A stretch of DNA of 64,000 nt from Myxococcales bacterium (GTDB lineage: Bacteria > Myxococcota_A > UBA9042): contig JBBISH010000016.1 of NCBI GenBank assembly GCA_037441385.1, positions 1 through 64,000 on the forward strand. Reading direction: 5' to 3'. The position numbers were made by a program, and so were the translations under genes. Position 1 is the first letter of the stretch. The number at the start of each line of letters is the position of its first letter. The notes beneath the pieces were generated by a model that worked only from the letters and a program-made list of their open reading frames with translations, was not told where the DNA came from and ran no database searches. Positions 24,533 through 32,652 of this stretch are shown here, piece after piece.

Positions 24533-25714
24533 CTACTTTTCGGGCGGCAGGAAGTTGAACTCGACGCGGCGGTTCTTCTCCCACGCGGCTTCGGTGTGAC
24601 CTGGGTCCAGCGGCCGTTCTTCGCCAAAGCCGATCGGAATCAGGCGGCTGCGGGCAATTCCGCGACCGACCAGCGCCGCTACCACGCTCTCGGCGCGGGC
24701 CTGGCTCAGCTTCTTGTTCTTCTTGTCCGGACCGCGCTCGTCGGTGTGGCCTTCGACCTGCACCTTGACCTCTGTCTTCTCTTTCAGGGCCTGGGCGCAC
24801 TCGTTCAGGATGTCTTCGGACAACTGCCCGACGATCTTGGCCGAGTTGGTGGCGAACTGGATCTGCTTCTTGAACACGATGCGATCCGACTCGACCACGA
24901 TGTTCTTGAATTCAGGCGGCGGCGGCGGCGCTTCGGGCAGCTTGTCCGGGCAGCCGTCGGTGTCGTCCAGGCCGTTGAACACTTCGGGTTCGTTGGGGCA
25001 ATTGTCCACCTTGGTGGGGAAGTCGTTCAGGCCGTCGCCGTCGTTGTCGCAGTCGGGGCAGCCGTCGGCGTCGTCAAAGTTGTCGCGATCTTCGGCCACG
25101 TTGGGGCACTTGTCCTTCTTGTCCGGCACGCCGTCGGCGTCGTTGTCGTCTTCGGGGCAGCCGTCCTCGTCCAGGTAGCCGTCCTTGTCCTCGGCCTGAT
25201 CGGGGCAGCGATCGAACTGATCGTGAATGCCGTCGCCGTCGCGGTCGTACTCGGGGCAGCCGTCGTCGTCTTGATCGTTGTCAAAATCCTCGGGATCGTC
25301 CGGGCACTTGTCCTCGGCGTTGCAGATCTTGTCGCCGTCGTTGTCCGCGCAGCAGCCCTTTTGGCCCTTGACCGCCATCACTTTTTCGGTGTGGGCCTTG
25401 GCCTGCTCCAGGTGATAGGCGGCGTTGATCGAGTCGCCACGCTCACTTTCGTAGCGGGCGTAGTCTAGATTGGCCTCGGCCAGCGCCAGATCGCGCGGCG
25501 CGCAGTAGTAGGCCGGCTCGCGCACGGATCGCACCTGCTCGGCCAGCTCGGTGGTCTGCTTGTCCACATCGGCGCTGGTCACACAGGCCGGCGCCGCCAG
25601 CGCTGCCAGCACGGTCGCTAGCCAAGCGGTCCGTGTCGCCAGCGGGCGATGGGGCGGCGTGGCCTGGCGGCGGCAGGCTTGCTGGTCGAATTGGGCTCGC
25701 GGCATCCAGGCCAT
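24533..25714 (-). CDS. OmpA-family lipoprotein: DUF4398-like helices, four thrombospondin type 3 repeats, OmpA C-terminal domain
   Basis: Probable lipidated Cys (AAPAC), four ~33-aa DxDxDG..DxCP..DGCP repeats, VEGHTD...LSQARAESV...NRRVEF. Confidence 0.92.
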   Translation of the reverse strand: MAWMPRAQFDQQACRRQATPPHRPLATRTAWLATVLAALAAPACVTSADVDKQTTELAEQVRSVREPAYYCAPRDLALAEANLDYARYESERGDSINAAYHLEQAKAHTEKVMAVKGQKGCCADNDGDKICNAEDKCPDDPEDFDNDQDDDGCPEYDRDGDGIHDQFDRCPDQAEDKDGYLDEDGCPEDDNDADGVPDKKDKCPNVAEDRDNFDDADGCPDCDNDGDGLNDFPTKVDNCPNEPEVFNGLDDTDGCPDKLPEAPPPPPEFKNIVVESDRIVFKKQIQFATNSAKIVGQLSEDILNECAQALKEKTEVKVQVEGHTDERGPDKKNKKLSQARAESVVAALVGRGIARSRLIPIGFGEERPLDPGHTEAAWEKNRRVEFNFLPPEK

Positions 25715-25771
25715 TGCGTCCTCGTTGGCGGTCGCGCTTGTTGGCGGTCGCGGTTTGCGCGTGGGAGCGAC

Positions 25772-26212
25772 CTACTTGTCCTCGGCTGGCACGCTGGGGG
25801 CCTTCTCGCGCTCCCCATTCTTGGGCGCGAATTTCTCGCGGCGGCTGGCTTGGTCGCGGCCCTGGCGGGCCATTTCCAGGGCCTTCTCGCTTGCCCCCTG
25901 GCTGGTCCGCGCGTACTCGGTGGCCACTTGGAATTGGCCCATGCCGTTGCACTCTTTGGCTTTGGCCAGGTACGACTCGGCGCGGGTGTAGTAGTACACC
26001 GCGTATTCGGGCGCCTTTTGCGCTTCGGTCTCGCGCAGGTCGCGGGTCGCGTCCGAAATGGCCGACGATGCCGAGACGGACCCACAGCCCACGGCGACCA
26101 AAGCCAACGCGACGGAGCCCAGGGCTGCGATCCACCGGCCGCGCCGGTGGCTGCGACCGGTGCCGCATCGAGTGTCGCGGCAATTTGCGCAAGCTTCTGT
26201 ATTTGCGAGCAT
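25772..26212 (-). CDS. DUF4398-like lipoprotein
   Basis: Lipobox VAVGC, APEYAVYYYTRAESYLAKAKE; directly upstream of the OmpA gene. Start uncertain. Confidence 0.8.
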   Translation of the reverse strand: MLANTEACANCRDTRCGTGRSHRRGRWIAALGSVALALVAVGCGSVSASSAISDATRDLRETEAQKAPEYAVYYYTRAESYLAKAKECNGMGQFQVATEYARTSQGASEKALEMARQGRDQASRREKFAPKNGEREKAPSVPAEDK

Positions 26213-26291
26213 CTCTGGCCTCTCCCACCTGCGGGCGCTCACCGGGTCCACGCCTGCCAAGCCCAAGCTGTGCTCCGGGCCGGTGCCGTCT

Positions 26292-26320
26292 ACTGTCGCG
26301 CTCGCCCGCAACCCTGTCAA
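26292..26320 (-). promoter_or_regulatory. sigma70-type promoter candidate for the DUF4398-OmpA pair
   Basis: Minus strand TTGACA-17 bp-GACAGT. Confidence 0.45.
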
Positions 26321-26474
26321 GCCGCAGACCCTGCGCAGCGAGGCACACTTGTGCCGGGGCCGGGTTCGCGCCAAGATGCACCGTCGCGGCGCGGTGGGGC
26401 GCGGCGGCTCCTTGGGGTTCTGCACGGGATCCCCTGTCGGTTGCAGCGGCATGAAGACAGCGAATTGGAAAGCA

Positions 26475-27098
26475 ATGTCAGGCGCGTACCCAGGTTTTGG
26501 CCTGGTGCGACGCGTGGCTGTTGTGCTGGTGTGCGCGGCTGCGTTTGGGGCGGGCTGTAGCCGTGTCTCGGCCGACCGCGCCCAAAACCAGGTGCTGGCC
26601 CAAGCCGCCAAGGCCATCGAGCGCTATTCCACTGCGTCCGAAGACGCCAACACGGCCCACAAGAAGGTCATGGAGGCCTTTGCCAAGGCCAACGCCGCCA
26701 CGACGCTGGCCGAGTACCAAGAACGGCTGCGCAACGACGTCATTCCTGCCCTGAACACGTTTGTGGGCGTGCTGCGGGCCATGCCCACCGAGACGCCCGA
26801 GCTCAAGGCCATCCACGCCCGGTTGGTCGAGGCCTACAACAAGGCCAGCAACCGCATCCGCGACTTTGAGCAAAAGCTGCAGGATCCTCGGGGACTTTCG
26901 GAGTTCGACGCCATTCGCAAGGAATTGCAGGACGCGGTGGCTGCCTACAAGAACGAGCTGAACCAGTACTACGCCAAGAACAAGCGGCAGTTGCGGTTCG
27001 AGGGCCGGGTCGGCGGCGTGCCGGAGTCGGCCGCCCCCGCGGCGCCCGCGACCCCAGCCAGCGCCGCCGCTTCGGCAAGCGCAACGTCCGCGCCGTAA
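26475..27098 (+). CDS. Helical-bundle lipoprotein, unknown function
   Basis: Lipobox FGAGC, amphipathic helices, Ala/Pro tail. Start is 26451 or 26475. Confidence 0.75.
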   Translation: MSGAYPGFGLVRRVAVVLVCAAAFGAGCSRVSADRAQNQVLAQAAKAIERYSTASEDANTAHKKVMEAFAKANAATTLAEYQERLRNDVIPALNTFVGVLRAMPTETPELKAIHARLVEAYNKASNRIRDFEQKLQDPRGLSEFDAIRKELQDAVAAYKNELNQYYAKNKRQLRFEGRVGGVPESAAPAAPATPASAAASASATSAP

Positions 27099-27126
27099 CG
27101 GCCCAAGGTGCCATGGCGAGCCGGGG

Positions 27127-28074
27127 TTGGTGTCGCCGCCGCCAAAGAGGAACGAAGCCGCCTTGTCTGCACCTTCCCGTAGCTTGTCTCCTTTGGTGGC
27201 CTTGCGCGCCATGCGGCCGCACCAATGGGTCAAGAATGCCTTTGTGCTGATCCCCGCGGTTTTCGCCGGGCCCGATCTGCTCGCCACGGGGCAGGTGACG
27301 TCGCTGCTCGCGGTGCAGGTGGTGCTGGCCGCCATCGCCTTCAGCCTGGCTTCCAGCGCGACCTACTTACTGAACGATATTCATGATGTCGAGGCGGATC
27401 GCCGCCACCCGGTCAAGTGCAAACGTCCCATCGCGTCCGGCGAATTGCCGGTACGCACGGCTTGGGTGCTGTTCGGCGTCTTGCTCGCCACCGCGCTGGG
27501 AATGGGGACGTGGGTCCGGCCGAGCGTCGCCGGCATCGTCTTGGGCTATTTTGCCGTGAACGTGGCCTATTCCAAGGGCTTGAAGCGGCTGGCATATGTG
27601 GACGCCGCGATCATCGCGCTGGGCTTCTTGCTGCGCCTGTTGGCCGGCGGCGAGGCGGCGCAAGTGCACCTATCGCGTTGGCTGGTCTCGTGCACCGTGC
27701 TGCTGGCCTTGTTCTTGGCGCTGGGCAAGCGGAAACACGAGGTGCTGACCACTTCGGTGGGACACCGCAAGTCGCTCGAGCGCTATCGGGTCGAGCACCT
27801 CAACTTTGCGCTGGGCGTGTTGGCTGCGGCTACCGCTGGCGCCTACTTGGTGTACACATTGGACCCGGCCACCCGCGCGCGCTTCCACACCGAAAGTCTG
27901 CCGCTGACCACGCCGTTCGGCGTGTTTGGCCTGTTGCGCTTCTACCAGCTGAGCGACGACGCCAAGGTCGCCACCAGCCCCACGGACCGGATGCTCCGCG
28001 ACCCCGCCTTTGTGATCAACGCCGTGGTGGGGGCCGCCGTGATTGTGGCGATGATCTACCGAGTCGCGGCGTGA
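27127..28074 (+). CDS. UbiA-family prenyltransferase, decaprenyl-phosphate phosphoribosyltransferase-like subfamily
   Basis: MRPHQWVKN, YLLNDIHDVEADRRHPVKCKRPIASG, LFLALGKRKHE. Start uncertain. Confidence 0.88.
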   Translation: MVSPPPKRNEAALSAPSRSLSPLVALRAMRPHQWVKNAFVLIPAVFAGPDLLATGQVTSLLAVQVVLAAIAFSLASSATYLLNDIHDVEADRRHPVKCKRPIASGELPVRTAWVLFGVLLATALGMGTWVRPSVAGIVLGYFAVNVAYSKGLKRLAYVDAAIIALGFLLRLLAGGEAAQVHLSRWLVSCTVLLALFLALGKRKHEVLTTSVGHRKSLERYRVEHLNFALGVLAAATAGAYLVYTLDPATRARFHTESLPLTTPFGVFGLLRFYQLSDDAKVATSPTDRMLRDPAFVINAVVGAAVIVAMIYRVAA

Positions 28075-28517
28075 CGCGGGCGCGCCTGACCGCAGCGCTG
28101 CTGGCGCTGACCGTGGGCTGTGGGGCGGCCGATGGCCAGCGCAGTCCGCCCAATCCGCAAGCGGACCGGCTGCTGGCTGATCTGCGCGCCGCCAGCGACA
28201 AGCCGATCGTCGCCCGCTGGAACCCCGCCCCTTGCGCCTGCCCGCCTTTTGAGGTGCTGGTCGGCGCGACCTGGGTGCGCGCCGAGTTTCTGGCTACCGA
28301 TGTCGAAGCGCTCCTGGGCTGGCAAGCGTTCTTGGCGGCCACGCCAACCGAGGCGCTGCCGGTGCCCCTGCAGATCGAGGGGCGGATCGAGCGGCAGATC
28401 CTGCGCACCAGCACCGGCGCCTACGCGGTCCGCGTCGAGGTGTCCTCTGTGCTCGGGCCCAAGCCCGCCGAGGCGGTCCCAGCCAGCGCGGTCAACCCTG
28501 CGCCCGCCCCACCTTGA
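28071..28517 (+). CDS. Small lipoprotein, unknown function
   Basis: GTG overlaps the upstream TGA; MTRARLTAALLALTVGC lipobox; CACP motif. Confidence 0.7.
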   Translation: MTRARLTAALLALTVGCGAADGQRSPPNPQADRLLADLRAASDKPIVARWNPAPCACPPFEVLVGATWVRAEFLATDVEALLGWQAFLAATPTEALPVPLQIEGRIERQILRTSTGAYAVRVEVSSVLGPKPAEAVPASAVNPAPAPP

Positions 28518-28602
28518 GGCGAGCGGGCCGGGGCGGCGCGGTGCCCGGTAAAAAAGTGGACGCGGCCGCCGGTGCGCGCCATGATCCAGGGCGGAGGTTC
28601 GT

Positions 28603-29427
28603 ATGTCTGCACCCTTGGCGTTCTTTTCCCGACTTGCCCCCACTTGGACTCGCGCTGGCGTGCCGCTGGCCGCGCTGGCGCTACTGGGTGGCACAGCGGC
28701 CACTGCCGTAGAGGATGCCAAGCCCAAGGGCGTGGAACTGCAGGTGTTCTTGGGCGACAAGCCGGTGGGCACCGAAGTGTTTCGCAGCAGCAAGGGCAGC
28801 GAGGCGCACTTCTTCTCGACCGAGGCCCAGCTGCAGGACAAGGTCGGCAAGGCGGCTTGGAAGGCTTTCAAGCAACGGGCCGCGTTGCAGACCGGCACGG
28901 ACGGCGTTCTGCAGCAGTACGATCGCTGGATCGACGTCACGGGCGCGACCCAGCAAAGCAAGCTTTTCAATTTCCAGGGCAAGTGGCGGATTTCGGTGGT
29001 CGACGCGGCCTTCGAGGGCAAGAAGCCCAAACCCAAGGTCACCGACGTCAAGGCCGGCAACCCCACGGTGGTCTTTGACGAGCGCCTGCCGTCGCTGGTG
29101 GTCCTGGCTGCCGAGCGCGCCGAAGGCAAGGGCGAGGTCGAGTTCGTGCGCGTCGACGACGCGAGCTCGGGCAAAGTCCACGTAGCCACGGAGCATTTGA
29201 GCGACGCCAAGGGCGGCAAATTCACCCGCACCACGCTCAAGGGCGACAAGGTCGACGCCTGGGTCCTGCGCGACGGCAGCGGCGCCGTGGTCGCGATCAA
29301 GGGCATGGACAATTGGCGCGCGGTCGCCAAGGGCGCCAAGGTACCCGCCGATGGCAGCCTGAAGCCGGCCGAAGCCCCGGCCAAGGCCGCACCGTTGCCC
29401 GCAGCCAGCACGCCCGCCAGTCGTTGA
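28603..29427 (+). CDS. Secreted beta-rich hypothetical protein
   Basis: GGAGG RBS, signal peptide, coding-like codon bias. Confidence 0.75.
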   Translation: MSAPLAFFSRLAPTWTRAGVPLAALALLGGTAATAVEDAKPKGVELQVFLGDKPVGTEVFRSSKGSEAHFFSTEAQLQDKVGKAAWKAFKQRAALQTGTDGVLQQYDRWIDVTGATQQSKLFNFQGKWRISVVDAAFEGKKPKPKVTDVKAGNPTVVFDERLPSLVVLAAERAEGKGEVEFVRVDDASSGKVHVATEHLSDAKGGKFTRTTLKGDKVDAWVLRDGSGAVVAIKGMDNWRAVAKGAKVPADGSLKPAEAPAKAAPLPAASTPASR

Positions 29428-29479
29428 GTCTCGCGCGCATTCTGGGCATACTCTGCGGCCATCGCGCCGGAGTCTTGCC

Positions 29480-29968
29480 ATGCCCACGCTGTCTGCCCCT
29501 CGTTCCCTGTCGCGCACTTGCGCTCTGGTCCTGCTGACTCTTGCTGGCACGGCCTGCGGCGCCAGCGTGCAGTTCGAGCGGAGTGCCGGCGTGCCCAAGT
29601 ACAAGGCCCTGCCGGCCAAGACCGCCGTGCAAGTGGTCGAAAGTGCCGACACGCTGCCGCAACCGGTGGTGGTGGTGGGCAACCTGCACACTGCGTCGCC
29701 CAAAGGCGAGGCCGATCGCGCCGAAGTCACCGCTGGGATGCAAAAAGAGGCCTTCCGCTTTGGCTGTGACGCGGTCGTGGGCCTGAAGCTAGAAGATCAT
29801 GTCGAACGGTCGATGAAGTGGGTCGACAAGCCGGGGCCGGCGGGCAAGTCGGTCCGTCAGCAAGAGCCGGTCGAGAAGCACACCTGGAATTGGAGTGCTC
29901 AGTGTGTCCGGTCGGCCCAGCAACCGGCTACGCTGCCGGCGGCGCCTGGCAAGTCTTCTGGCAAATAG
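29480..29968 (+). CDS. Lipoprotein, unknown function (weakly YbjQ-like, EAFRFGCDAVVGL)
   Basis: GGAG RBS, lipobox LAGTAC. Confidence 0.7.
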   Translation: MPTLSAPRSLSRTCALVLLTLAGTACGASVQFERSAGVPKYKALPAKTAVQVVESADTLPQPVVVVGNLHTASPKGEADRAEVTAGMQKEAFRFGCDAVVGLKLEDHVERSMKWVDKPGPAGKSVRQQEPVEKHTWNWSAQCVRSAQQPATLPAAPGKSSGK

Positions 29969-30005
29969 CCTAGTTTGGAGCGCGGGCTCTCAGCCCAAGG
30001 CGGCA

Positions 30006-30941
30006 CTACAGCGGTGGGCAGAACTTGTCGTCGCAGCCGGGGCCCGTCTTGGTGCTCTCGTCTTTGGCACACACGGCGCAGTAGTAGCCACAGGGCAGCA
30101 CATCGTAGTTGCCGGGCGCGCACGGTGGCTGGAATTCCTTGGGCAACGCCATCGTCGAGCACTGCCGCCACTGATCGGCCGGATCCACATTGGGATTGCC
30201 CGGCACCGACAAGAGGCAGCCCCAGCACACGTCCAAGGGGTACTCCATAGTGCCCGAGACCACGTTGTTGCCGCCGGCGGTCTTGCCCTGCAGCTGGAAC
30301 TTCAGCACCACTCGCTCGATGGTGCGGGCGCGGTCGGTGAACTGAGAGAACCGTTGCTGCCACTCGGCGCCCACCGGCTTGCCCGGCGCCGCAAAATCGG
30401 GCACCAGATTCATCCCGATCAAGGCTTTGCTGTTGGCCGGGATGAAGGCCTGCACGGGCAGGTCCCACTGGGCCAGGTTCTGACCGGTGATGGTCTTGTT
30501 GACCTTGACCGTGCTGCTCGGCAGCGAGAACGGCGACGTGGCCTTGGTCGACGGCGAACGCACCATAGTCACGTTCACGTTGGTGATGTTGACCGAGTTA
30601 GGATCCAGACGCAGCGAACTGGGCCCCGAGCCGTTGATCAGCTGCAGCGACGGCAGGTTGTTCTTGACCGACCCGACGAACTTGAACTCGCGCGACAGCG
30701 CCACATCCATCACGCCGTCCAGATAGAAGTTCTGACCGCCGGTGTACGAGCACTGCAAGATGCCGTTGACCACCGTGGCTTGCGGCACCACGTTGCCTTC
30801 GACCGCCAACGCCGTGTTGTTGTAGGAGTCGCAGCCGGCTGCCAACGCGGCCAGTCCCAGGCCCGCGACACCGATGCAGACACGGCGCACCGGCAGCTGG
30901 CGGGTCGCTCCACTAAGCAATCCGTCGAAATTAATCTGCAT
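30006..30941 (-). CDS. Cys-rich lipoprotein, last gene of the pil-aro run
   Basis: GAGGAGG RBS before ATG 30941, lipobox LAAGC, about nine Cys in the C-terminal ~85 aa; overlaps the aroKB 3' end. Confidence 0.8.
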   Translation of the reverse strand: MQINFDGLLSGATRQLPVRRVCIGVAGLGLAALAAGCDSYNNTALAVEGNVVPQATVVNGILQCSYTGGQNFYLDGVMDVALSREFKFVGSVKNNLPSLQLINGSGPSSLRLDPNSVNITNVNVTMVRSPSTKATSPFSLPSSTVKVNKTITGQNLAQWDLPVQAFIPANSKALIGMNLVPDFAAPGKPVGAEWQQRFSQFTDRARTIERVVLKFQLQGKTAGGNNVVSGTMEYPLDVCWGCLLSVPGNPNVDPADQWRQCSTMALPKEFQPPCAPGNYDVLPCGYYCAVCAKDESTKTGPGCDDKFCPPL

Positions 30942-32631
30942 TCTTGCCTCCTCGCTGCTGTGCAAAACCGCCCGGCAGCGGCGACGACGCGGCCGGCAGG
31001 GAAGTTCGCACATGGGTCGGCGCCGTCGCGCCCAGTTCGGCCAAGCGGGTTTGCCAGAGGCCGGCGTCGACCGCCAGCAACTCAGCATGCCCGACGCCGC
31101 GGAGCAGTGGCAACCACAGCTGGTGCCCGCGGCGTTTCTTGTCAGTAGCGGTCCGCGCCAGCGTAGTGGCGGTCGCCCATCGTTCCCATTGGGTTTCCAA
31201 ACCCAACGCTTCCAGTCCCAGCCGCACCGCTTGCGCTGTGCCGACTTCGGCCAGGCCCAAGCTCTCGGCACACTCGGCCTCGCCCACCAATCCCAGCGCC
31301 ACGGCCTCGCCGTGCAGCACCGCGAACTTGCTCTCGGCTTCGATGGCGTGGCCCAGCGTGTGGCCCAGGTTGAGCAGCGCCCGCGCCGATGCGTGGCCGG
31401 GGCCCTGCCGCTCTTCTGGATCCGCGGCCACCACCGCGGCTTTGTGGCGAATCGCCGCCCGCAGGTGCGGGGTCAGCGCGGCCAGCGAGCGCCGCCGCAA
31501 CGCCGGGGCGTCGGCCAGCAACGCCTGCCAAGCCTGGGTATCAAAGGTAAGGAAAATCTTGGCGATTTCTGCCAGACCGGCCCGGAACTGCCGCGCCGGA
31601 AGGGTCTGCAGGGCCTGCAGCGGCAGCCACACCCACTCGGGGCTGTGGAACGCGCCGACTAGGTTCTTGCCTTCTGGTGTGTCGATCGCGGTCTTGGCGC
31701 CCACCGACGCATCGGCCATCGCCAGCACCGTCGTGGGCAGCAAGGCCGTGCGCATGCCGCGCTGCCAGGTCGCCGCACAAAAGCCGGCCACATCCGTCGT
31801 CGCGCCGCCGCCGATCGCCACCAGCAGATCGCTGCGACCCACGCCGGCGGTGGCTAGCGCCGACCAGATCCGGCTGGCGGTGCGCAGGTCCTTGCACTTC
31901 TCGCCCCCGGCCACTTCGATCACCGCGGTGGCGAGTCCGCGCGCTTGCAGCATCTCGACCAGCGGTTGCGCCCACTTGGCCACGCCCCGATCGATCACCA
32001 GCGCCACCTTGCCGCCCGCCGCCAGCGCCACAATGGCTTCCGCAGCTTGGGCCGGTGCGCCGCCGTGCAGCCACACCGGGTGGGTCTGGGCGGCCACGGT
32101 CGCGTCCAGCACGGGCTCGGCCGGCTCCAGCGCACCCAGCACCGCCGTCACCACCGCGCTCAGCGGTTGCGCCGCGTCGACATGCGCGTGGGCCTTGGCA
32201 TAGATCGGCCGGCGCCGCAGCTCTAGCTCCACGAGCGCTGTGCGTGCGCTTTGCCGCGTGTCGCCCAGCAGCGGCCGGTCGGTGTCGTCGTGCAGGGCGC
32301 GCTCGCTCAGCACGTCGACCGGCGCGTCGAGCCACACCACTTGGGCCTTGTCGCGCATGCGCTCGATGCCATTATGGAAACACGGCGCACCGCCGCCAGC
32401 GGCGATCACGGCGGGCGGACCTGCCAGCACTTGCTCCAGTAGCGCCGCCTCGTGGATGCGAAACACCGTCTCGCCCTCGCGACGTAGCATTTCGGCAGCC
32501 GTGCGGCCACTTTCGCGCTGAAGCACGGCGTCCAGATCCAGGCACGGCATGGCCAGCCGCTCGGCCACACGGGCGGCGACGGCGGTCTTGCCAGCTGCGG
32601 GCATGCCTATGATCACGACGCTTTGCCTCAC
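30931..32631 (-). CDS. aroKB: Fused shikimate kinase / 3-dehydroquinate synthase
   Basis: GMPAAGKT P-loop and RPLL (AroK); GGGATTDVAGF, PTTVLAMADASVGAKT and LNLGHTLGHAIE (AroB). Confidence 0.93.
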   Translation of the reverse strand: MRQSVVIIGMPAAGKTAVAARVAERLAMPCLDLDAVLQRESGRTAAEMLRREGETVFRIHEAALLEQVLAGPPAVIAAGGGAPCFHNGIERMRDKAQVVWLDAPVDVLSERALHDDTDRPLLGDTRQSARTALVELELRRRPIYAKAHAHVDAAQPLSAVVTAVLGALEPAEPVLDATVAAQTHPVWLHGGAPAQAAEAIVALAAGGKVALVIDRGVAKWAQPLVEMLQARGLATAVIEVAGGEKCKDLRTASRIWSALATAGVGRSDLLVAIGGGATTDVAGFCAATWQRGMRTALLPTTVLAMADASVGAKTAIDTPEGKNLVGAFHSPEWVWLPLQALQTLPARQFRAGLAEIAKIFLTFDTQAWQALLADAPALRRRSLAALTPHLRAAIRHKAAVVAADPEERQGPGHASARALLNLGHTLGHAIEAESKFAVLHGEAVALGLVGEAECAESLGLAEVGTAQAVRLGLEALGLETQWERWATATTLARTATDKKRRGHQLWLPLLRGVGHAELLAVDAGLWQTRLAELGATAPTHVRTSLPAASSPLPGGFAQQRGGKNAD

Positions 32632-32652
32632 GCTGATGCCTTGCCTATCCGC

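Noticed and set aside
24533..25714. OmpA/TSP3 protein as TraB (outer-membrane exchange)
   Set aside because: It lacks an N-terminal beta-barrel and has no adjacent traA. The DUF4398-OmpA pairing is an ordinary arrangement.
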